Of a stretch of 64,000 bases of DNA, positions 52,601 to 64,000 are shown one piece after another. The notes under the pieces were generated by a model, which made no database searches, was not told the origin of the DNA, and saw nothing but the letters and a program-made list of their open reading frames with translations. This DNA comes from Utricularia gibba. Its lineage: Eukaryota > Plantae > Magnoliophyta. Each line of letters starts with the position of its first letter. Position 1 is the first letter of the stretch. The translations under genes and the position numbers were made by a program. The stretch spans positions 1 through 64,000 of the forward strand of contig NEEC01000107.1 in the NCBI GenBank assembly GCA_002189035.1, written 5' to 3'.

Positions 52601-54700
52601 GTGCCCCTCGAGAGCGCCTCCTCAAATATAAAGCTTGTGGATGAGAAAACCATTTGGGGTGCTCATGACATCCTAACTTCAATAAATGCATCACGATTTT
52701 TCGAATAGGACCCGATTGGGCTCAGGAGTCGAACGAACCTTGGTCCGGATGAACTTCCCAACGAAAGCACCACCCAAAAACGACAAGCTTTTCCTTCAGA
52801 AACATGTAGGCAGCTGCCGAAAACCCAACGTTAATAAATGGATCACTTTTTTTGCCGGGCTACAAATGACTATGGGCCCGATTCGACGACCTCCGGCCGA
52901 TCCTAGTGCCCCTCGAGAGCGCCTCCTCAAATAAAAAGTTGTGGTTGAGAAAACCATTTGGGGTGCTCATGACATCCTAACTTCAATAAATGCATCACGA
53001 TTTTCGTCGAATAGGACCCGATTGGGCTCAGGAGTCGAAACGAACCTTGGGTCCGGATGAACTTCCCAACGAAAGCACCCACCCAAAAACGACAAGCTTT
53101 TCCTTCAGAAACAATGTAGGCAGCTGCCGAAAACCCAACGTTAATAAATGGATCACTTTTTTTGCCGGGCTACAAATGACTATGGGCCCGAGCCCGACCC
53201 GACCTCCGGCCGATCCTGGTGCCCCTCGAGAGCGCCTCCTCAAATATAAAGCTTGTGGATGAGAAAACCATTTGGGGTGCTCATGACATCCTAACTTCAA
53301 TAAATGCATCACGATTTTCGTGAATAGGACCCGATTGGGCTCAGGAGTCGAACCGAACCTTGGGTCCGGATGAACTTCCCAACGAAAGCACCCACCAAAA
53401 ACGACAAGCTTTTCCTTCAGAAACCATGTAGGCAGCTGCCGAAAACCCAACGTTAATAAATGGATCACTTTTTTTGCCGGGCTACAAATGACTATGGGCC
53501 CGAGCCCGACCCGACCTCCGGCCGATCCTGGTGCCCCTCGAGAGCGCCTCCTCAAATATAAAGCTTGTGGATGAGAAAACCATTTGGGGTGCTCATGACA
53601 TCCTAACTTCAATAAATGCATCACGATTTTCGTCGAATAGGACCCGATTGGGCTCAGGAGTCGAACGAACCTTGGGTCCGGATGAACTTCCCAACGAAAG
53701 CACCCACCCAAAAACGACAAGCTTTTCCTTCAGAAACAATGTAGGCAGCTGCCGAAAACCCAACGTTAATAAATGGATCACTTTTTTTGCCGGGCTACAA
53801 ATGACTATGGGCCCGAGCCCGACCCGACCTCCGGCCCGATCCTAGTGCCCCTCGAGAGCGCCTCCTCAAATAAAAAGCTTGTGGATGAGAAAACCATTTG
53901 GGTGCTCATGACATCCTAACTTCAATAAATGCATCACGATTTTCGTCGAATAGGACCCGATTGGCTCAGGAGTCGAACCGAACCTTGGGTCCGGATGAAC
54001 TTCCCAACGAAAGCACCCACCCAAAAACGACAAGCTTTTCCTTCAGAAACCATGTAAGCAGCTGCCGAAAACCCAACGTTAATAAATGGATCACTTTTTT
54101 TCCCGGGCTACAAATGACTATGGGCCCGAGCCCGACCCGACCTCCGGCCCGATCCTGGTGCCCCTCGAGAGCGCCTCCTCAAATAAAAGCTTGTGGATGA
54201 GAAAACCATTTGGGGTGCTCATGACATCCTAACTTCAATAAATGCATCACGATTTTCGTCGAATAGGACCCGATTGGGCTCAGGAGTCGAACCGAACCTT
54301 GGGTCCGGACGAACTTCCCAATGAAAGCACCCACCCAAAAACGACAAGCTTTTCCTTCAGAAACCATGTAAGCAGCTGCCGAAAACCCAACGTTAATAAA
54401 TGGATCACTTTTTTTCCCGGGCTACAAATGACTATGGGCCCGAGCCCGACCCGACCTCCGGCCCGATCCTGGTGCCCCTCGAGAGCGCCTCCTCAAATAT
54501 AAAGCTTGTGGATGAGAAAACCATTTGGGGTGCTCATGACATCCTAACTTCAATAAATGCATCACGATTTTCGTCGAATAGGACCCGATTGGGCTCAGGA
54601 GTCGAACGAACCTTGGGTCCGGATGAACTTCCCAACGAAAGCACCCACCCAAAAACGACAAGCTTTTCCTTCAGAAACAATGTAGGCAGCTGCCGAAAAC
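31641..54700 (+). repeat. Domain III: mostly intact monomers shifting to the ggaTgaac / cacccaccc / gaaaca(a)tgt type, with a variant B subunit every 2-3 units in its right part
   Basis: ggaTgaac dominates from about 36.3 kb. atcctAgtg-type B subunits occur near 34690, 37140, 40500, 42680, 45140, 48560, 49500, 50115, 50735, 52285, 52900 and 53840. Confidence 0.75.
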
Positions 54701-57700
54701 CCAACGTTAATAAATGGATCACTTTTTTTGCCGGGCTACAAATGACTATGGGCCCGATTCGACGACCTCCGGCCAGATCCTAGTGCCCCTCGAGAGCGCC
54801 TCCTCAAATAAAAAGTATGTGGTTGGAAAACCATTTGGGGTGCTCATGACATCCTAACTTCAATAAATGCATCACGATTTTCGTTGAATAGGACCCGATT
54901 GGGCTCAGGAGTCGAACCGAACCTTGGGTCCGGATGAACTTCCCAACGAAAGCACCCACCCAAAAACGACAAGCTTTTCCTTCAAACCATGTAGGCAGCT
55001 GCCGAAAACCAACGTTAATAAATGGATCACTTTTTTCCCGGGCTACAAATGACTATGGGCCCGAGCCCGACCCGACCTCCGGCCCGATCCTGGTGCCCCT
55101 CGAGAGCGCCTCCTCAAATAAAGCTTGTGGATGAGAAAACCATTTGGGGTGCTCATGACATCCTAACTTCAATAAATGCATCACGATTTTCGTCGAATAG
55201 GACCCGATTGGGCTCAGGAGTCGAACAACCTTGGGTCCGGATGAACTTCCAACGAAAGCACCCACCAAAAACGACAAGCTTTTCCTTCAGAAACAATGTA
55301 GGCAGCTGCGAAAACCCAACGTTAATAAATGGATCACTTTTTTTCCCGGGCTACAAATGACTATGGGCCCGAGCCCGACCTCCGGCCCGATCCTGGTGCC
55401 CCTCGAGAGCGCCTCCTCAAATATAAAGCTTGTGGATGAGAAAACCATTTGGGGTGCTCATGACATCCTAACTTCAATAAATGCATCACGATTTTCGTCG
55501 AATAGGACCCGATTGGGCGCAGGAGTCGAACAGAACCTTGGGTTCGGATGAACTTCCCAACGAAAGCACCCACCAAAAAACGACAAGCTTTTCCTTCAGA
55601 AACAATGTAGGCAGCTGCCGAAAACCAACGTTAATAAATGGATCACTTTTTTTCCCGGGCTACAAATGACTATGGGCCCGAGCCCGACCGACCTCCGGCC
55701 CGATCCTGGTGCCCTCGAGAGCGCCTCCTCAAATAAAAGCTTGTGGAGAAAACCATTTGGGGTGCTCATGACATCCTAACTTCAATAAATGCATCACGAT
55801 TTTCGTCGAATAGGACCCGATTGGGCAAGGAGTCGAACCGAACCTTGGGTCGGATGAACTTCCCAACGAAAGCACCCACCAAAAACGACAAGCTTTTCCT
55901 TCAGAAACAATGTAGGCAGCTGCCGAAAACCCAACGTTAATAAATGGATCACTTTTTTTGCCGGGCTACAAATGACTATGGGCCCGATTTCGACAAGACC
56001 TCCGGCCAGATCCTAGTGCCCCTCGAGAGCGCCTCCTCAAATAAAAAGTATGTGGTTGGAAAAACCATTTGGGGTGCTCATGACATCCTAACTTCAATAA
56101 ATGCATCACGATTTTCGTTGAATAGGACCCGATTGGGCGCAGGAGTCGAACCGAACCTTGGGTCCGGATGAACTTCCCAACGAAAGCACCCACCCAAAAA
56201 CGACAAGCTTTTCCTTCAGAAACAATGTAGGCAGCTGCCGAAAACCCAACGTTAATAAATGGATCACTTTTTTTCCGGGCTACAAATGACTATGGGCCCG
56301 AGCCCGACCCGACCTCCGGCCGATCCTGGTGCCCCTCGAGAGCGCCTCCTCAAATATAAAGCTTGTGGATGAGAAAACCATTTGGGGTGCTCATGACATC
56401 CTAACTTCAATAAATGCATCACGATTTTCGTCGAATAGGACCCGATCGGGCTCAGGAGTCGAACAGAACCTTGGGTCGGATGAACTTCCCAACGAAAGCA
56501 CCCACCCAAAAACGACAAGCTTTTCCTTCAGAAACAATGTAGGCAGCTGCCGAAAACCCAACGTTAATAAATGGATCACTTTTTTTGCCGGGCTACAAAT
56601 GACTATGGGCCCGATTCGACAAGACCTCCGGCCAGATCCTAGTGCCCCTCGAGAGCGCCTCCTCAAATAAAAAGTATGTGGTTGGAAAACCATTTGGGGT
56701 GCTCATGACATCCTAACTTCAATAAATGCATCACGATTTTCGTTGAATAGGACCCGATTGGGCGCAGGAGTCGAACCGAACCTTGGGTCCGGATGAACTT
56801 CCCAACGAAAGCACCCACCCAAAAACGACAAGCTTTTCCTTCAGAAACAATGTAGGCAGCTGCCGAAAACCCAACGTTAATAAATGGATCACTTTTTTTC
56901 CCGGGCTACAAATGACTATGGGCCCGAGCCCGACCCGACCTCCGGCCCGATCCTGGTGCCCCTCGAGAGCGCCTCCTCAAATATAAAGCTTGTGGATGAG
57001 AAAACCATTTGGGGTGCTCATGACATCCTAACTTCAATAAATGCATCACGATTTTCGTCGAATAGGACCCGATTGGGCTCAGGAGTCGAACCGAACCTTG
57101 GGTCCGGATGAACTTCCAACGAAAGCACCCACCAAAAACGACAAGCTTTTCCTTCAGAAACCATGTAGGCAGCTGCCGAAAAACCCAACGTTAATAAATG
57201 GATCACTTTTTTTCCCGGGCTACAAATGACTATGGGCCCGAGCCCGACCCGACCTCCGGCCCGATCCTGGTGCCCCTCGAGAGCGCCTCCTCAAATAAAA
57301 GCTTGTGGTGAGAAAACCATTTGGGGTGCTCATGACATCCTAACTTCAATAAATGCATCACGATTTTCGTCGAATAGGACCCGATTGGGCTCAGGAGTCG
57401 AACCGAACCTTGGGTCCGGATGAACTTCCCAACGAAAGCACCCACCCAAAAACGACAAGCTTTTCCTTCAGAAACAATGTAGGCAGCTGCCGAAAACCCA
57501 ACGTTAATAAATGGATCACTTTTTTTGCCGGGCTACAAATGACTATGGGCCCGACGACAAACCTCCGGCCAGATCCTAGTGCCCCTCGAGAGCGCCTCCT
57601 CAAATAAAAAGTTGTGGTTGGAAAACCATTTGGGGTGCTCATGACATCCTAACTTCAATAAATGCATCACGATTTTCGTTGAATAGACCCGATTGGGCGC

Positions 57701-60700
57701 AGGAGTCGAACCGAACCTTGGGTCCGGATGAACTTCCCAACGAAAGCACCCACCCAAAAACGACAAGCTTTTCCTTCAGAAACAATGTAGGCAGCTGCCG
57801 AAAACCCAACGTTAATAAATGGATCACTTTTTTTCCGGGCTACAAATGACTATGGGCCCGAGCCCGACCCGACCTCCGGCCCGATCCTGGTGCCCCTCGA
57901 GAGCGCCTCCTCAAATAAAAGCTTGTGGATGAGAAAACCATTTGGGTGCTCATGACATCCTAACTTCAATAAATGCATCACGATTTTCGTCGAATAGGAC
58001 CCGATCGGGCTCAGGAGTCGAACCGAACCTTGGGTCCGGATGAACTTCCCAACGAAAGCACCCACCAAAAACGACAAGCTTTCCTTCAGAAAACAATGTA
58101 GGCAGCTGCCGAAAACCCAACGTTAATAAATGGATCACTTTTTTTGCCGGGCTACAAATGACTATGGGCCCGATTTCGACAAGACCTCCGGCCAGATCCT
58201 AGTGCCCCTCGAGAGCGCCTCCTCAAATAAAAAGTATGTGGTTGGAAAACCATTTGGGGTGCTCATGACATCCTAACTTCAATAAATGCATCACGATTTT
58301 CGTTGAATAGGACCCGATTGGGCGCAGGAGTCGAACCGAACCTTGGGTCCGGATGAACTTCCCAACGAAAGCACCCACCCAAAAACGACAAGCTTTTCCT
58401 TCAGAAACAATGTAGCAGCTGCCGAAAACCAACGTTAATAAATGGATCACTTTTTTTCCGGGCTACAAATGACTATGGGCCCGAGCCGACCCGACCTCCG
58501 GCCCGATCCTGGTGCCCCTCGAGAGCGCCTCCTCAAATATAAAGCTTGTGGATGAGAAAACCATTTGGGGTGCTCATGACATCCTAACTTCAATAAATGC
58601 ATCACGATTTTCGTCGAATAGGACCCGATCGGGCTCAGGAGTCGAACAGAACCTTGGGTCGGATGAACTTCCCAACGAAAGCACCCACCAAAAACGACAA
58701 GCTTTTCCTTCAGAAACAATGTAGGCAGCTGCCGAAAACCCAACGTTAATAAATGGATCACTTTTTTTGCCGGGCTACAAATGACTATGGGCCCGATTTC
58801 GACAAGACCTCCGGCCAGATCCTAGTGCCCCTCGAGAGCGCCTCCTCAAATAAAAAGTATGTGGTTGGAAAAACCATTTGGGTGCTCATGACATCCTAAC
58901 TTCAATAAATGCATCACGATTTTCGTTGAATAGGACCCGATTGGGCAGGAGTCGAACCGAACCTTGGGTCCGGATGAACTTCCCAACGAAAGCACCCACC
59001 CAAAAACGACAAGCTTTTCCTTCAGAAACAATGTAGGCAGCTGCCGAAAACCCAACGTTAATAAATGGATCACTTTTTTTCCCGGGCTACAAATGACTAT
59101 GGGCCCGAGCCCGACCCGACCTCCGGCCCGATCCTGGTGCCCCTCGAGAGCGCCTCCTCAAATATAAAGCTTGTGGATGAGAAAACCATTTGGGTGCTCA
59201 TGACATCCTAACTTCAATAAATGCATCACGATTTTCGTCGAATAGGACCCGATCGGGCTCAGGAGTCGAACAGAACTTGGGTCCGGATGAACTTCCCAAC
59301 GAAAGCACCCACCCAAAAACGACAAGCTTTTCCTTCAGAAACAATGTAGGCAGCTGCCGAAAACCCAACGTTAATAAATGGATCACTTTTTTTGCCGGGC
59401 TACAAATGACTATGGGCCCGAGCCGACCCGACCTCCGGCCGATCCTAGTGCCCCTCGAGAGCGCCTCCTCAATAAAAGCTTGTGGTTGGAAAACCATTTG
59501 GGGTGCTCATGACATCCTAACTTCAATAAATGCATCACGATTTTCGTTGAATAGGACCCGATTGGGCGCAGGAGTCGAACCGAACCTTGGGTCCGGATGA
59601 ACTTCCCAACGAAAAACCCACCCAAAAACGACAAGCTTTTCCTTCAGAAACAATGTAGGCAGCTGCCGAAAACCCAACGTTAATAAATGGATCACTTTTT
59701 TCCCGGGCTACAAATGACTATGGGCCCGAGCCCGACCCGACCTCCGGCCCGATCCTGGTGCCCCTCGAGAGCGCCTCCTCAAATATAAAGCTTGTGGTTG
59801 AGAAAACCATTTGGGGTGCTCATGACATCCTAACTTCAATAAATGCATCACGATTTTCGTCGAATAGGACCCGATCGGGCTCAGGAGTCGAACCGAACCT
59901 TGGTTCGGATGAACTTCCCAACGAAAGCACCCACCAAAAACGACAAGCTTTTCCTTCAGAAACAATGTAGGCAGCTGCCGAAAACCCAACGTTAATAAAT
60001 GGATCACTTTTTTTCCCGGGCTACAAATGACTATGGGCCCGAGCCCGACCCGACCTCCGGCCCGATCCTGGTGCCCCTCGAGAGCGCCTCCTCAAATATA
60101 AAGCTTGTGGTGAGAAAACCATTTGGGGTGCTCATGACATCCTAACTTCAATAAATGCATCACGATTTTCGTTGAATAGGACCCGATTGGGCGCAGGAGT
60201 CGAACCGAACCTTGGGTCCGGATGAACTTCCCAACGAAAGCACCCACCCAAAAACGACAAGCTTTTCCTTCAGAAACAATGTAGGCAGCTGCCGAAAACC
60301 CAACGTTAATAAATGGATCACTTTTTTTCCCGGGCTACAAATGACTATGGGCCCGAGCCCGACCCGACCTCCGGCCCGATCCTGGTGCCCCTCGAGAGCG
60401 CCTCCTCAAATATAAAAGCTTGTGGATGAGAAAACCATTTGGGTGCTCATGACATCCTAACTTCAATAAATGCATCACGATTTTCGTCGAATAGGACCCG
60501 ATCGGCTCAGGAGTCGAACAGAACCTTGGGTCGGATGAACTTCCCAACGAAAGCACCCACCCAAAAACGACAAGCTTTTCCTTCAGAAACAATGTAGGCA
60601 GCTGCCGAAAACCAACGTTAATAAATGGATCACTTTTTTTGCCGGGCTACAAATGACTATGGGCCCGATTTCGACAAGACCTCCGGCCAGATCCTAGTGC

Positions 60701-62500
60701 CCCTCGAGAGCGCCTCCTCAAATAAAAAGTATTGGGTTGAAAACCATTTGGGGTGCTCATGACATCCTAACTTCAATAAATGCATCACGATTTTCGTCGA
60801 ATAGGACCCGATTGGGCTCAGGAGTCGAACCGAACCTTGGGTCCGGACGAAGTTCCCAATGGAAAGCACCCACCAAAAAAGACAAGCTTTTCCTTCAGAA
60901 ACCATGTAGGCAGCTGCCGAAAACCCAACGTTAATAAATGGATCACTTTTTTTTGCCGGGCTACAATTGACTATGGGCCCGAGTTCCGACCTCGGCCCGA
61001 TCCTAGTGCCCCTCGAGAGCGCCTCCTCAAATAAAAAGCTTGTGGTTGAGAAAACCATTTGGGGTGCTCATGACATCCTAACTTCAATAAATGCATCACG
61101 ATTTTCGTCGAATAGGACCGATTGGGCTCAGGAGTCGAACCGAACCTTGGGTCCGGACGAAGTTCCCAATGAAAGCACCCAACCAAAAACGACAAGCTTT
61201 TCCTTCAGAAACCAATGTAGGCAGCTGCCGAAAACCCAACGTTAATAAATGGATCACTTTTTTTGCCGGGCTACAAATGACTATGGGCCCAGCCCGACCC
61301 GACTACCGGCCAGATCCTAGTGCCCTCGAGAGCGCCTTCTCAAATAAAAGCATGTGGTTGAGAAAACCATTTGGGGTGCTCATGACATCCTAACTTCAAA
61401 AAATGCATCACGATTTTCGTCGAATAGGACCCATTGGGCTCAGGAGTCGAACCGAACCTTGGGTCCGGACAAAGTTCCCAATGAAGCACCCACCCAAAAA
61501 AGACAAGCTTTTCCTTCAGAAACCATGTAGGCAGCTGCCGAAAACCCAACGTTAATAAATGGATCACTTTTTTTGCCGGGCTACAAATGACTATGGGCCG
61601 AGATCGATATGACCTCCGGCCCGATCCTAGTGCCCCTCGAGAGCGCCTCCTCAAATAAAAAAGTATGTGGTTGGAAAACCATTTGGGGTGCTCATGACAT
61701 CCTAACTTCAATAAATGCATCACGATTTTCGTTGAATAGGACCCGATTGGCGCAGGAGTCGAACCGAACCTTGGGTCCGGATGAACTTCCCAACGAAAGC
61801 ACCCACCCAAAAACGACAAGCTTTTCCTTCAGAAACCATGTAGCAGCTGCCGAAAACCCAACGTTAATAAATGGATCACTTTTTTTGCCGGGCTACAAAT
61901 GACTATGGGCCCGAGCCCGACCGACCTCCGGCCGATCCTGGTGCCCCTCGAGAGCGCCTCCTCAAATATAAAGCTTGTGGATGAGAAAACCATTTGGGGT
62001 GCTCATGACATCCTAACTTCAATAAATGCATCACGATTTTCGTCGAATAGGACCCGATCGGGCTCAGGAGTCGAACAGAACCTTGGGTCGGATGAACTTC
62101 CCAACGAAAGCACCCACCCAAAAACGACAAGCTTTTCCTTCAGAAACAATGTAGGCAGCTGCCGAAAACCCAACGTTAATAAATGGATCACTTTTTTGCC
62201 GGGCTACAAATGACTATGGGCCCGATTTCGACAAGACCTCCGGCCAGATCCTAGTGCCCCTCGAGAGCGCCTCCTCAAATAAAAAGTATGTGGTTGAAAA
62301 ACCATTTGGGGTGCTCATGACATCCTAACTTCAATAAATGCATCACGATTTTCGTTGAATAGGACCCGATTGGGCTCAGGAGTCGAACCGAACTTGGGTC
62401 CGGATGAACTTCCCAACGAAAGCACCCACCAAAAACGACAAGCTTTTCCTTCAGAAACAATGTAGGCAGCTGCCGAAAACCCAACGTTAATAAATGGATC
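54701..62500 (+). repeat. Domain IV: two-monomer higher-order repeat (about 623-627 bp)
   Basis: Two linked haplotypes alternate. The marker gatCgg(g)ctc lies near 58004, 58628, 59251, 59873 and 60500 (spacing about 622-627). One example unit is 58125-58747. Confidence 0.85.
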
Positions 62501-64000
62501 ACTTTTTTTGCCGGGCTACAAATGACTATGGGCCCGAGCCCGACCCGACCTCCGGCCCGATCCTGGTGCCCCTCGAGAGCGCCTCCTCAAATATAAAGTT
62601 TGTGGATGAGAAAACCATTTGGGGTGCTCATGACATCCTAACTTCAATAAATGCATCACGATTTTCGTCGAATAGGACCCGATTGGGCTCAGGAGTCGAA
62701 CCGAACCTTGGGTCCGGATGAACTTCCCAACAAAGCACCACCCCCAAAAACGACAAGCTTTTCCTTCAGAAACCATGTAGGCAGCTGCCGAAAACCCAAC
62801 GTTAATAAATGGATCACTTTTTTTGCCGGGCTACAAATGACTATGGGCCCGAGCCCGACCGACTCGGCCCGATCCTAGTGCCCCTCGAGAGCGCCTCCTC
62901 AAATAAAAGCTGTGGTTGAGAAAACCATTTGGGGTGCTCATGACATCCTAACTTCAAATAAATGCATCACGATTTTCGTCGAATAGGACCCGATTGGGCT
63001 CAGGAGTCGAACCGAACCTTGGGTCCGGACGAAGTTCCCAATGAAAGCACCCACCCAAAAACGACAAGCTTTTCCTTCAGAAACCATGTAGGCAGCTGCC
63101 GAAAACCCAACGTTAATAATGGATCACTTTTTTGCCGGGCTACAAATGACTATGGGCCCGAGCCGACCCGACCTCCGGCCAGATCCTAGTGCCCCTCGAG
63201 AGCGCCTCCTCAAATAAAAAGCTGTGGTTGAGAAAACCATTTGGGGTGCTCATGACATCCTAACTTCAAAAAATGCATCACGATTTTCGTCGAATAGGAC
63301 CCGATTGGGCTCAGGAGTCGAACCGAACCTTGGGTCCGGACGAACTTCCCAACAAGCACCCACCCAAAAACGACAAGCTTTTCCTTCAGAAACCATGTAG
63401 GCAGCTGCCGAAAACCAACGTTAATAAATGGATCACTTTTTTTGCCGGGCTACAAATGACTATGGGCCGTGACCTCGGCCCGATCCTAGTGCCCCTCGAG
63501 AGCGCTCCTCAAATAAAAGCTTGTGGTTGAGAAAACCATTTGGGGTGCTCATGACATCCTAACTTCAATAAATGCATCACGATTTTCGTCGAATAGGACC
63601 CGATTGGGCTCAGGAGTCGAACCGAACCTTGGGTCCGGACGAAGTTCCCAACGAAAGCACCCACCAAAAACGACAAGCTTTTCCTTCAGAAACCATGTAG
63701 GCAGCTGCCGAAAACCCAACGTTAATAAATGGATCACTTTTTTGCCGGGCTACAAATGACTATGGGCCCGAGCCGACCGACCTCCGCCCGATCCTGGTGC
63801 CCTCGAGAGCGCCTCCTCAAATATAAAGTTGTGGACAAGAAAACCATTTGGGGTGCTCATGACATCCTAACTTCAAAAAATGCATCACGATTTTCGTCGA
63901 ATAGGACCCATTGGGCTCAGGAGTCGAACAGAACCTTGGGTCCGGATGAACTTCCCAACGAAAGCACCCACCCAAAAACGACAAGCTTTTCCTTCAGAAA

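Larger units (their letters stand above)
1..64000 (+). repeat. Tandem satellite DNA array, about 205 head-to-tail copies of a 314-bp consensus monomer, extending past both window edges
   Basis: The motif aataaatgcatcacgattttcgtcg recurs at 1, 311, 625, 938 and so on to the end of the window. Intact copies measure 314 bp (4985-5298, 8703-9016); many are 1-4 bp shorter through homopolymer deletions. No reverse-orientation copy or non-repeat sequence was seen. Copy number is estimated as 64000/~312. Confidence 0.99.
1..64000. other. Putative centromeric or pericentromeric heterochromatin satellite of a eukaryote (inferred)
   Basis: Inference only, from the long gene-free array, the ~157-bp nucleosome-sized basic unit and the local higher-order repeats. 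Subtelomeric or knob-type satellites can look the same, and there are no CENH3/CENP-A data. Confidence 0.5.

Noticed and set aside
184-63759. All ORFs in the six-frame track (for example MPLESASSNIKLVDEKTIWGAHDILTS..., and the 336-aa ORF at 6744-7754)
   Set aside because: They are the same few translations of the monomer repeated throughout. 314 is not a multiple of 3, frames are broken or fused by scattered 1-bp indels, and I recognise no protein domain. The longer ORFs arise where indels happen to bypass stop codons.
1-64000. CRISPR array
   Set aside because: There are no unique spacers; the entire 314-bp unit repeats, and no cas genes are present.
1-64000. Rolling-circle concatemer of a ~314-nt circle (viroid-like RNA or eccDNA)
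   Set aside because: One template would give position-independent random errors, whereas linked haplotypes here are spatially clustered and alternate regularly. I also saw no hammerhead core, viroid central conserved region or rod-like self-complementarity.
1-64000. Assignment to a named centromeric family such as CentC or CentO on the basis of the ~156-bp length
   Set aside because: The length is similar, but I cannot recognise sequence similarity from memory. A BLAST search against PlantSat, Repbase or Dfam is required.

Overview
The whole 64-kb window is one head-to-tail tandem satellite array of about 205 copies of a 314-bp consensus monomer (about 51% GC), all in one orientation. I found no unique sequence, gene, transposon or inversion. 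The monomer is an ancient heterodimer of two 157-bp subunits (A and B, about 55% identical ungapped by hand count), a nucleosome-length unit typical of centromeric or pericentromeric satellites; I cannot assign a named family or species. The array has layers: a homogeneous left domain (1-21 kb), a scrambled zone built only of monomer fragments (21-32 kb, possibly a consensus artefact), a variant-rich right domain (32-55 kb), and a sharp two-monomer (about 625 bp) higher-order repeat at 55-62.5 kb that is interrupted by a third, more diverged monomer type. Each monomer carries a Pol III B-box match on the minus strand. All ORFs in the track are translations of the repeat and are rejected. I see no evidence for a new gene-encoded system; the interest lies in satellite architecture and evolution, and some of it may be assembly error.
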